DNA of 64,000 nucleotides from Escherichia coli (GTDB lineage Bacteria; Pseudomonadota; Gammaproteobacteria; Enterobacterales; Enterobacteriaceae): NCBI RefSeq assembly GCF_009931435.1, contig NZ_CP043414.1; one strand, 5' to 3'. Shown piece by piece: positions 56,201 to 64,000 of this stretch (position 1 is its first letter; each line of letters starts with the position of its first letter). The notes under the pieces were generated by a model. It saw only the letters and a program-made list of their open reading frames with translations, ran no database searches and was not told where the DNA came from. The position numbers and the translations under genes were made by a program.

Positions 56201-58144
56201 GTACATTTTCACCCGCTGTAACTCCTGGGTGTAACGATCCTGCGGAATACGTCGACCTTCCGCCTGCTGTTTGTGGAACAGATACGCTTCCGCCAGCTGG
56301 TTGATGGCTTCGTTAAGGAACGCCGCGCTGCCCATCGCCGGTTCGCACACGGTGAGGTTTAAGATGGCATCAGCTTTGGCGTGCGGATCGCTAATGGGAT
56401 CAATCTGCTCCTTAAACAACTCTTTCAGGGCATATTTAACCAGTGAGCGGGTCAGCACTTCCGGGGTGTAATAAGAGGCAGATTTCTCACGGTCGCGTCC
56501 GGCCATACGGTAGATAAAACTGCCTTTGCGGTGAATGCGCAGGCTGCCGTCTTTCTCGTAGACCTTCTCGTCTTCGTGGTATTTGCCAATCTCATCCTTA
56601 CTGACGAAGTAACCCGTCTCCAGCTCGTTAAACTCTTCTCCGGCTTTCTTCACCTCGTAGAGATCTTCGCTGGCGAAGAATCCGCGATAGGAGAGCAGTG
56701 CCTCATACACCGCACCCAACTGGTTGATACCCAACTGGCGATAAGAAATACGTCCGCGGCGGTTAAAGCGCTCTTTGCCCGGGCGGCTTAACGACATCGC
56801 CTGGATAATCTGTTGCAGGGTTTCGTTACGGAATACCACGCGGTTAAGAATGCGCGTGTTGTTGGCATCAAACAGATGACTTTCCAGACGCGGGACGCTG
56901 AACTGATGACTATGGATGGTGATCCGGTCGCCGCTCTCCAGGTCACTCTGCATTTTCACGCCGCCGTTGTAGCCTTCGCGCACCAGTTTAAACAGCATAT
57001 TCAGGCTGTCGTGGAAGTAGCGCCCGTTGCGATCTTCTTCGCTGGTCAGCGGGATCATCTCCAGATCGCGCAACGTTTCCAGGCTGTAACCTTGCAGATA
57101 GGTTTTGGCGGTCATCGGCGCATAACCCAGCTCCGGGCGCGCTTCAATGTAGAACAGGAACAGCAGGCGGTACATGTAACGCAGACATTCGCGGCTCAGT
57201 TCATCCGGGTCCACCGCACGGTTACCGGTATAGTTTGCCAGGCCACGGTCGATCAGGTAATGCATCGCTTCGTTGCCCAGCAGCTCAATGCTTTCGCGCA
57301 GGGCATATTTCAGATCTTCCGACACGCCAAACGCATGTTTGTGCGAATTGTCATCCAGCGAGTCAAGATAAGGTGCCCCACTGCCCGGCAGCAGAGAATC
57401 TTTATGTAGCAACACCGCCGTCGCTTTCAGCGTATCCGTTTCACGACGACTTAAAATCTCTTCAAAATCAAAACGCAGCAGACGGTTTTGCGCCCACTTA
57501 GTACGGTCCAGCAGCAATAGCTGACGGTTACCGAGCAATAGCACAAAACGCGGAGGTTCATTTTGGGTGAAGACCGCCGTAGAGAGCAGATCTTGCCAGC
57601 TGCGATATTCACCGTTGGCTTTTTTGCGCAGGCTGTCGCGCTTATGTTTGTCGGTATCCGCCGGGAATTGCGCGGTCAGTAAAGAGAGCGCCAGCGGATC
57701 CAGCGTTCCCTCTTCCTGATCGTGTGCTTCGACAATCCACAGCCACGGGCTACCGTCAGTGCTGTTGTAACGCGCCAGTACCGGCAGCGGTGTATCGTCA
57801 TCCAGCATTTGGATCTGCGGCGTAATTTCGTAACCCAGCGCCTTTAACAATGGCTGCCAGCGATTACGTTGATCGGCCAGACGTTGCGGGATCTGACGCT
57901 GTTTTTCGTGCTCGGCAAGTTTGCGGAAAAACTCAGTCGCCAGACTGTTAAACTGGTTCCACGGAGCGCGGTATCCCGGCTCTACGTCTTTGCCCTGTTC
58001 ACGAGCGGCACGCTCCGCTTCACGCGCTGCATTTTCCTGGGCTATCCAGGGTTCCAGCACATCGCGGATATCACTGGTGAAAACCTCACCCAAATAGTGG
58101 TTAGAGTAAAATTCGTTTTCGTTATTAATACCGACCAGCGCCAT
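53210..58144 (-). CDS. large N6-adenine DNA methyltransferase, PglX/DrmMI/Eco57I-like (1644 aa)
   Basis: AdoMet motif I-like CEPAMGSAAFL (~aa 600), FGVDLNPVAVELA, catalytic GNPPW (~aa 970); 1-nt overlap with downstream gene. Confidence 0.8.
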   Translation of the reverse strand: MALVGINNENEFYSNHYLGEVFTSDIRDVLEPWIAQENAAREAERAAREQGKDVEPGYRAPWNQFNSLATEFFRKLAEHEKQRQIPQRLADQRNRWQPLLKALGYEITPQIQMLDDDTPLPVLARYNSTDGSPWLWIVEAHDQEEGTLDPLALSLLTAQFPADTDKHKRDSLRKKANGEYRSWQDLLSTAVFTQNEPPRFVLLLGNRQLLLLDRTKWAQNRLLRFDFEEILSRRETDTLKATAVLLHKDSLLPGSGAPYLDSLDDNSHKHAFGVSEDLKYALRESIELLGNEAMHYLIDRGLANYTGNRAVDPDELSRECLRYMYRLLFLFYIEARPELGYAPMTAKTYLQGYSLETLRDLEMIPLTSEEDRNGRYFHDSLNMLFKLVREGYNGGVKMQSDLESGDRITIHSHQFSVPRLESHLFDANNTRILNRVVFRNETLQQIIQAMSLSRPGKERFNRRGRISYRQLGINQLGAVYEALLSYRGFFASEDLYEVKKAGEEFNELETGYFVSKDEIGKYHEDEKVYEKDGSLRIHRKGSFIYRMAGRDREKSASYYTPEVLTRSLVKYALKELFKEQIDPISDPHAKADAILNLTVCEPAMGSAAFLNEAINQLAEAYLFHKQQAEGRRIPQDRYTQELQRVKMYIADNNVFGVDLNPVAVELAEVSLWLNAISGDAFVPWFGYQLHCGNSLVGARRQVFNKSELTYKKVKDPSWLNSEPVELAMNTPREETQIFHFLLPDGGMANYSDKTVKQRYPDDFKALDSWRKEFIKSFAGHEIADVQRISEKVEALWNTYRQQLKAERLKTADSYPVWPAENSEQTRSSLSSKDETFSGRLEDNSAYQKLRWVMDYWCALWFWPIDKADELPDRGTWLFEIETLLDGIVITEKVTEVADHTTGDLFAEEGLLREESSLFSVAGRLKTDVLFRHLPRLAIVDALRKQHRFFHWDLEFCDLFAERGGFDLMLGNPPWLKVEWQEAGVLGDYEPEFVLRKLSASKLATLRVDTFNQIPALEAAWRSEYEGCEGMQNFLNAQQNYPVLRGVQTNLYKCFLPQAWRLGAEKGVAGFLHPEGIYDDPKGGQLRAAVYPRLRAHFQFANEVKIFAEVDNHTRFSINVYGPYSQIVAFSNIANLFIPQTIDACFEHKGEGIVPGIKEETEIDGKVKVKWNFQGHFDRVVPINLKQLGLFARLYDVVGTPAQEARLPALHATQLVTVLEKFAKQPRRLGDLQGQYYSLEMWHETNQQSDGTIERHTQFPEEASQWVLSGPHFFVGNPFYNTPRAVCDTNKAYDNLDLLTLPDDYLPRTNYIPACDAQEYAKRTPCVTWTELAEDEPKKVTDYYRLAIRAMLAQSGERTLISAIYPPEISHMNAVRSYCYSSQNQLLEHSGMCFSLPFDFICKSTGKANLHQMLDGFSYVLFNPRQKALLYCLVLSLNSVNDVYAGLWQSCYTPDFNTQRWSRDLPQLPQDFFANLTPEWQRNCALRSDYSRRQALVEIDVLVAQALGLTLEELLTIYRVQFPVMRQYEADTWYDQNGRIIFTPSKGLVGVGLPRTARKADLKNGFVFNVDSPEWTGGDCTDQAIGWDDVKHLQTGTVSVTFDDYTRSDEGERRTVTWQAPFIKPDREDDYKVAWAFFAQDKESA

Positions 58145-58146
58145 GA

Positions 58147-61005
58147 TTAACCCTCCGCTCCGGTGATAACAGCAATTACCTGAATGTAGGGTTCTTTTTC
58201 AGTCGTCATGGTGTCCTCAATCCATTCAATATAGCTGTCAAAATTGTGTTCGATTTCGCGTTGTCTCTGCTCTTTACGGCTCTGCTTAACTGACAATTGC
58301 TGTTTGTTATCGGCAAAATCCAGCTCAAGTTGGCTCAACTGCCGCCCACGCAAAACGTCCAGCTTTTGCAGATGCTCATTCAGTTGCTGGTTAATGTGCG
58401 TTTCAAACGCATTCCGATCATGGATGAATACCTCCCGGGCATGAGCAATAGCCGCTTCCAGTAAATCCTGCTGGCGCTGGTGATTACGATCTTTACCGCC
58501 GCTGTTAGTCAGCTTGTTACTCAACTGCGGATGACGTTGTAAAAACTCAGCAAATGGCTGACTGCCGATTAGCGATTCACGGTTAAAGCTCACCACTATC
58601 CACGGGTTCACCATCGGATGTGATTTACGGTTCGGGAATAACCCGGAAAGAATGAAGTGATCTTCATCGGGTTCAAGCAGGTATGGCAGACGGATAACCG
58701 GTGCCTGATGACGACCAAAAGCCGAAGAGATTTTATCGTCCAGCCACTGCACTACCGGGTTGATTTGCCAGAGATACTGCACATCGGGCCAGGCATGTTG
58801 CTCACCGCGAGCGCGTGCAATCGCGTCGGTGATGACGGTTTTATCCTGACTTAAATAGAGCTGCCAGTTCTCCGGGGCGATTTCAGGCGGTAGCTGGTTG
58901 AAGCGGCGGCGTAACTCCTCCGGTGCCACCAGCGACAAGGTATTATCAGGCAAGGTTTCATACTGGATAGTTTGACCACTGGCTTTCAGGTAACCCAATG
59001 CTCTTTCGCAGTACGCCTGTTCGCTGGCAAACAAGCTGGTGTCTGTTTCGGTAACCATTGAGGCATCGCTGGAAACCGCACTGCATATTTCGCCAAACAG
59101 ATCATGTTCGGCGCTTTCCGAGACGTTGCTGTTCAGCAGTTGATCAAACAGGCTGGCACCATCATCCTGCATCATGAACTCTGCAACCTGCTCTTCTTCC
59201 TCTTCCTGGGTAAATTTGCCGGTAAACTCCGAACTGTCCCCAATGTTCTTCTGCGCCTGTTCGTCTTTGTTGATCAACACTTCCAGTACGCGCATATCGC
59301 CATTGATCTGCGGTTCGCTGGCCTCGGTAAGCAGATAGCGGATTTGAGGCTGATGTTTTTGCCCATAGCGGTCAATACGCCCGTTACGTTGCTGGAATAC
59401 CATCAACGACCACGGAATATCAAAGTGAATCATTTTGTGGCTAAGGTGATGCAGGTTGATCCCTTCAGATGCCACATCCGAACAAACCAGAAGACGCAAC
59501 GGCGACTGCGTTTTACCAAAGGCTTCTACGGTTTCCATCAACACCGTATCGCCCTGATCGCCGCGCAGCGTGGCGATCTGATCATCTTTCAATTTCAGAT
59601 CCGCTCGCAGTTGCTGTTCGAGGAACTCCAGCGTTTTAATGCTTTCGGTGAAGATCACCAGGCGATCTTCCGTGTTATTGGCTTTCCAGGCGAGGTCTTT
59701 TCGGATGGTGTCGAGCAGCAACTGGTATTTGCTAAACTGGCTGGCATCAATGTTATTCAGCGCCAACAGCAATGACTCCAGTTCGTTGATCTGGCTCTGG
59801 CTATTATGATCTTTACGGCTCTCAAGACGCTTCAGACGATTAGCCACTACGCTGGCACACGCCATCGGGCTGGAAAATAGCGCTTTTTCGAGGGTTATCT
59901 TGAACAGACGACCTTTGTTAGACTGGGCCTGTTCATCGTCATCATCACGGAACTGACTCTCAACCAGGCGACGGTATGCTTCTTCTTCGGCACCGGATGC
60001 CAGGCGAGTCAGTTTGACAATATTGCGCTCGGGGAACTCGCCAGACATCTGATCTTTCACGTCTTTTTTGAAGCGACGGACAACCAGATTTTTATCGGCA
60101 AAGTCGGCGTATTCATACTCTTTCGGGTTGGCGATCGCCGTCGGGTCAAGCATGTTCATCAGGCTGGCAAAACTTTCAGCTTTACCATCATGCGGCGTTG
60201 CTGAAAGCATAATCAGCGTATCGCTGCGCCCGGCGAGCAGTTTTGCCAGTTTACTGCGTAACGAACTGGTTCCACGTTCTGCGACGTTATGGGCCTCATC
60301 AATGACAATAATATCCCACCAGGCATTTTCCAGATGGTGACGATATTCAATATCTTGTTTCAGCGTATCGATGGAGATAATGGTCTTGTCAAAATAGTGG
60401 AACGGGTTGTGGTTGGTAGGGATGCGGTTACGCACTTTTTGTAAACCAGCAGAATCCAGGCGGGTCAATGGGATCGCAAAACGGCTCCAGAACTCCTTCT
60501 GGAATTGTGTCAGCATCGATTTAACCGCCAGAACCAGAATACGTTTTCCGCGCCCACGACGGATCAGTTCCGAAACCAGAATACCCGCTTCCAGCGTTTT
60601 ACCCAGACCGACAGCGTCGGCAATGAGTATCCGCTGACGCGGTTGTGCCAGCGCCATCCGCGTAGGATCGAGCTGAAACGGCATGGAATCCATCGCCGCC
60701 AGATGTCCAAAATGGACTTTACTGTCTGTCGGTACGCGTTGGCGTAACTGACTTTCAATATACAACTGTGCCGCCTGATAATTGGCGGATTCATCTTCCA
60801 CCAAATGCGTTTTTGCGGGATCAAGGATCTCTACTTTTTGTTCCAGTTTGGTCAGAAATAACCCTTCTTTACCGCGCACCAGCTCTGAAATACCATCGCA
60901 GGTCAGCAAATACCCACCATCACCACTGTCATCCGCCCGGCGAATACGCCATTCGGCATCACGAATAACCACCCGCATACCAGGTGCATAATTTTGCTTA
61001 TTCAT
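58147..61005 (-). CDS. SNF2-family helicase/ATPase (DrmD-like), 952 aa
   Basis: LIADAVGLGKT (motif I), IIVIDEAHNV (DEAH), LSATPHDG, QQRNGRIDRYGQ (motif VI); 2-nt gap to the methyltransferase gene. Confidence 0.85.
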   Translation of the reverse strand: MNKQNYAPGMRVVIRDAEWRIRRADDSGDGGYLLTCDGISELVRGKEGLFLTKLEQKVEILDPAKTHLVEDESANYQAAQLYIESQLRQRVPTDSKVHFGHLAAMDSMPFQLDPTRMALAQPRQRILIADAVGLGKTLEAGILVSELIRRGRGKRILVLAVKSMLTQFQKEFWSRFAIPLTRLDSAGLQKVRNRIPTNHNPFHYFDKTIISIDTLKQDIEYRHHLENAWWDIIVIDEAHNVAERGTSSLRSKLAKLLAGRSDTLIMLSATPHDGKAESFASLMNMLDPTAIANPKEYEYADFADKNLVVRRFKKDVKDQMSGEFPERNIVKLTRLASGAEEEAYRRLVESQFRDDDDEQAQSNKGRLFKITLEKALFSSPMACASVVANRLKRLESRKDHNSQSQINELESLLLALNNIDASQFSKYQLLLDTIRKDLAWKANNTEDRLVIFTESIKTLEFLEQQLRADLKLKDDQIATLRGDQGDTVLMETVEAFGKTQSPLRLLVCSDVASEGINLHHLSHKMIHFDIPWSLMVFQQRNGRIDRYGQKHQPQIRYLLTEASEPQINGDMRVLEVLINKDEQAQKNIGDSSEFTGKFTQEEEEEQVAEFMMQDDGASLFDQLLNSNVSESAEHDLFGEICSAVSSDASMVTETDTSLFASEQAYCERALGYLKASGQTIQYETLPDNTLSLVAPEELRRRFNQLPPEIAPENWQLYLSQDKTVITDAIARARGEQHAWPDVQYLWQINPVVQWLDDKISSAFGRHQAPVIRLPYLLEPDEDHFILSGLFPNRKSHPMVNPWIVVSFNRESLIGSQPFAEFLQRHPQLSNKLTNSGGKDRNHQRQQDLLEAAIAHAREVFIHDRNAFETHINQQLNEHLQKLDVLRGRQLSQLELDFADNKQQLSVKQSRKEQRQREIEHNFDSYIEWIEDTMTTEKEPYIQVIAVITGAEG

Positions 61006-61074
61006 CGGTTTTTCTGTCTATTTGGGGCAGTGGCGGTAACGTCATCCTGAAAAATGTGGCGCGGCACACTGCGA

Positions 61075-61110
61075 TAAAAAAGAGGGCCTTAAAGATATCA
61101 TGAAGGCCCC
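61075..61110 (-). terminator. intrinsic terminator downstream of the partial DUF1998 gene
   Basis: On the minus strand: stem GGGCCTT / AAGGCCC (61084-61090, 61103-61109) followed by TCTTTTTTAT (complement of 61074-61083). Confidence 0.55.
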
Positions 61111-61228
61111 CGGCAAAGTGACAAAATGGGAGGGAATGCGCATAAATTGCGCATGATTTTCAAACAAAAATTATTAAAAAGTGAGCTGGGTCAACTCCCC
61201 TGGAAGATATCCCCAGGGGAGCAATTAT

Positions 61229-64000
61229 TTATCCAGCGATAACATAACTCCTAAGGTCATTACCCGGGGCAACAGCTCGCGCTCGCGTGTTTGCCAGCCG
61301 TTCAACTTGCTGCGGTACTCGCAGAGCAAAATCAAAGAAGGTGTCTTCAATACAGCGCCAGTAGCTAAGCCCCATGTCGAGCAGGACATAATGCTGACTG
61401 CCATCGCTGAAGGTGACTGTCAGTTCTCGTCCATGCTCCGTACTCTGGTTATCCCCCGTTAACCAGCTAATTGCTCCCGGCCACGCAGGCCCCAGATATC
61501 CTTCTTCAAGTAAAGTGGTCACAACCTGCTGACGATCTTCCTCATTAAGCCACGCGTTATAGAGAGCGTCGTGTTGGCGAGAGTTGTAATCCAATTTTTT
61601 GACGCAAACAGTGAGGCTGGCACGTTCCGCCATTCCCTGTTCAACCAGCTCAGTTAAGATTTCACCTAACAAACGCGCCGTGAATGGGCTATTAAGATAA
61701 CGATCGCTGTACTCAACATGCGTTATCTCTTTGTGGCGGGTAAATGCCTGCTTCCAGCCAGCGTGCTGTTGCGTGACTAACGACCAGAAACGCGAACCAA
61801 ACCCTTCCAGCGGCCCGTCCAGTTGCTCGCAGAGGTTGATGCGCACCGCCCCGGTGGGTAAGGCGGGCAGTAAATCTTCTGCACTTAAGGTCTGACCCGA
61901 GAAGGTTTTTCCGGACGTTCCTTTAAGTGTCACTACTGGTGAGGACGCACTTTGTCCCCATAATTCACCAGGTGCAACGGTAGCGCTGTCGTCTGCGGCC
62001 CACTGTTGGCTTTGCCCTTCGCGAGTCACCTGCGCAAGCCAGCGCCCCTTTCCTTGCATGAGTTGCGCAGTGGCAATGGATTTCACTTGTAAGCGCCCTC
62101 CCGGCATCGCCGCCAACGCGGAAAGCTGATGTCTGGAGCTATCAGTTAAGTTTGCCAACGGCGTGGCCACCAGCAACTCAACATGCCCACCGGAGGAGGC
62201 AAACTGGAGCAACTCTTTAAATAATGGCCATTGGGCAAAATCCCACTGTTCCTGCGGCCCCGCAAGAACCAGCGAGCAGGAGTCATAAATCTCGCTGTTC
62301 AGGCATTGCGCAATACGTAAACTCAGCGGGTTAGTTTCAACCCGGCTACCATCGCCGAAGTACTGATATTCTGGCGCGAGGTTAAGTCGCTGCAACCGTA
62401 CATTGGTAAGCAGGGTTAATGCATGGTGACGATCTAATCTGTTGACATAATGCTGACTGTCGTAGCTGAGCAAGCAGTGGTGACAGAATTTATCGCAACT
62501 GCAATCGAGCAATTTTCTGGCGTAATTAAAGACATCAGCCCAATGGTCGATCAATTGCACTGCATAACCTGCACCACCCGCATTATTGTCGTAAATGAAG
62601 ATGGAATATCCGGTATAGCCATTGATATCGCGCGCTTGCTGCGTCGTCACGCCCAGCTCAGTATTTTCGATACCCAATTTATGCGCTAACCCTTCACGCA
62701 AAGCGACCGCAAGGGATCGCGCGGCAACCTCATCACGGATCAACAGGCCATTATCATCATTGAGTTGCAGCTCAACCATATCTGTACGACTGCTATACCC
62801 CAACCACAGATCTTTATGCACATGACCGTGGCACAATTTATTGCTCCCCTGACGATCGTTACTGCCCCCTCGCAACAGGTAATGCGTATTTTCCCGCTCT
62901 GGGTTCTTTAGATTTTCAGGGGTACGCTGGGGTTGAGTTTGAGATTCTGCCCGACCACATGAGAGGCAAATTGCGTAGCCGTGCCCAAATTCCCCTTCAC
63001 TGAAGTGGAACAATTCCCCACTATGGCTAAAACGGTAACGTCCTAGCCCAGCATCGGGTAAAGAAACCCACACCGAAGACGGTACAAGAACACGTGGATC
63101 TTTCCAGGGAAGTTGTGCAGGCATGGATACATCATTATGTGCCTGATAACGAATATCTGTCGCAAAACCAACAGGCTGTAAATAACGCTTCACATCAAGT
63201 TGCTGTATATCCGCTTTGCAGTGACTACATTCGACAGGATGGGTAGCACTGGTTGCCCCCGCACCACATTTACGGCAATGCCAGAACCACGGAATATGAT
63301 GATCGCCTGACAGCTCCTGCCCGCTGGCAAGTACCTTGCCAAGCATAATGCCCGAGGAACGATATACTTTTCCGCCCAATACCACATCTGCACCAGGCGC
63401 ATACTCGCGTAATGCTGTAGGTAGATCACGGCTGGGCAATTTTTCAATACGACGAGAAAAGCTTTCTCCCCCTTCATTAGGGTCAGCCTGAGTAGCTTTT
63501 ATTGCGCGACGTTTTTCCAGCTCATCTGCCGTCAGATAATTGAAATTGACGACACCAACCGGGAAACCATGCCCCGGCAGGAACGCTTCACTAATGAGTT
63601 TAGAAAACAGATATGCACCGCGATAATCACGAAGCTGATAAGCGATGGCTTTACCTGCTGGCGTTTCTTCCCACGCGCTGTTATCCGCTTTCAACGCTTC
63701 GATATTTTCCAACAGTATCGCAAGTTGGCTTCTCCAGCGGATATCAACCTGCTGCATCATTGCTTGTGTGCGGGTCAAGAGCTGGGTTGCCGTCAATGAC
63801 ATCAGGACGGTTCCCTGAGTAAGGCGTTTAAGTTTATCCGCTAGCTGATCGGCCTGGTTATTTAACCAATGGAGAAAACGAAGACACTGGCTCTCATCAC
63901 CTTCAAAGAACCATTTGCAACTCAGTTTTGTCGCATCAGGAACTTCAGCTCGTAAAAACAGACCTAAAACCAGGGCATTAACATGTCGTTGAACAATACT
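61229..64000 (-). CDS. DUF1998-domain protein, C-terminal 923+ aa (partial; 5' end beyond window end), probably helicase-associated
   Basis: Frame stays open from 63802 to 64000 by manual translation; Zn-ribbons (HCRKCG...CSHC; CLSCG) and DUF1998-type IYDNNAGGAGY...CSCDKFCHHC motif; own hairpin and terminator downstream. Confidence 0.75.
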   Translation of the reverse strand, partial: SIVQRHVNALVLGLFLRAEVPDATKLSCKWFFEGDESQCLRFLHWLNNQADQLADKLKRLTQGTVLMSLTATQLLTRTQAMMQQVDIRWRSQLAILLENIEALKADNSAWEETPAGKAIAYQLRDYRGAYLFSKLISEAFLPGHGFPVGVVNFNYLTADELEKRRAIKATQADPNEGGESFSRRIEKLPSRDLPTALREYAPGADVVLGGKVYRSSGIMLGKVLASGQELSGDHHIPWFWHCRKCGAGATSATHPVECSHCKADIQQLDVKRYLQPVGFATDIRYQAHNDVSMPAQLPWKDPRVLVPSSVWVSLPDAGLGRYRFSHSGELFHFSEGEFGHGYAICLSCGRAESQTQPQRTPENLKNPERENTHYLLRGGSNDRQGSNKLCHGHVHKDLWLGYSSRTDMVELQLNDDNGLLIRDEVAARSLAVALREGLAHKLGIENTELGVTTQQARDINGYTGYSIFIYDNNAGGAGYAVQLIDHWADVFNYARKLLDCSCDKFCHHCLLSYDSQHYVNRLDRHHALTLLTNVRLQRLNLAPEYQYFGDGSRVETNPLSLRIAQCLNSEIYDSCSLVLAGPQEQWDFAQWPLFKELLQFASSGGHVELLVATPLANLTDSSRHQLSALAAMPGGRLQVKSIATAQLMQGKGRWLAQVTREGQSQQWAADDSATVAPGELWGQSASSPVVTLKGTSGKTFSGQTLSAEDLLPALPTGAVRINLCEQLDGPLEGFGSRFWSLVTQQHAGWKQAFTRHKEITHVEYSDRYLNSPFTARLLGEILTELVEQGMAERASLTVCVKKLDYNSRQHDALYNAWLNEEDRQQVVTTLLEEGYLGPAWPGAISWLTGDNQSTEHGRELTVTFSDGSQHYVLLDMGLSYWRCIEDTFFDFALRVPQQVERLANTRARAVAPGNDLRSYVIAG

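Overview
This window is an Escherichia coli-type chromosomal segment, in reverse-complement orientation relative to K-12 map order, whose right-hand end carries a candidate methylation-based anti-phage defence operon that does not match a canonical described system. All calls come from reading the sequence and the supplied ORF track; no database search was run. Gene order is: yjiR (partial), rpnD, mdtM, yjiN-yjiM-yjiL, an AT-rich pentapeptide-repeat (EspX-like) gene, yjiK, yjiJ, a 1746-aa LysM/Big-domain inverse-autotransporter adhesin, kptA, yjiH-yjiG, iadA, hypT, iraD, yjiC, uxuR-uxuB-uxuA, gntP, the complete type 1 fimbrial locus fimHGFDCIA-fimS-fimE-fimB, then nanC-nanM-nanS. Beyond nanS lies an island junction marked by an internally deleted IS4-family transposase remnant. 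The defence candidate (44758..61005, minus strand) is four tightly coupled genes: SNF2 helicase, 1644-aa N6-adenine methyltransferase, 2113-aa DExH helicase/DUF1998 protein with a C-terminal Vsr/DUF559-like nuclease fold, and a UvrD-like SF1 helicase. A separately terminated DUF1998 gene upstream of it runs off the window end. The locus resembles DISARM class 1 and Druantia but has no PLD gene in the window. The fim switch appears to be in the phase-OFF orientation. REP elements and several hairpin terminators are present; no rRNA, tRNA or CRISPR array was seen.
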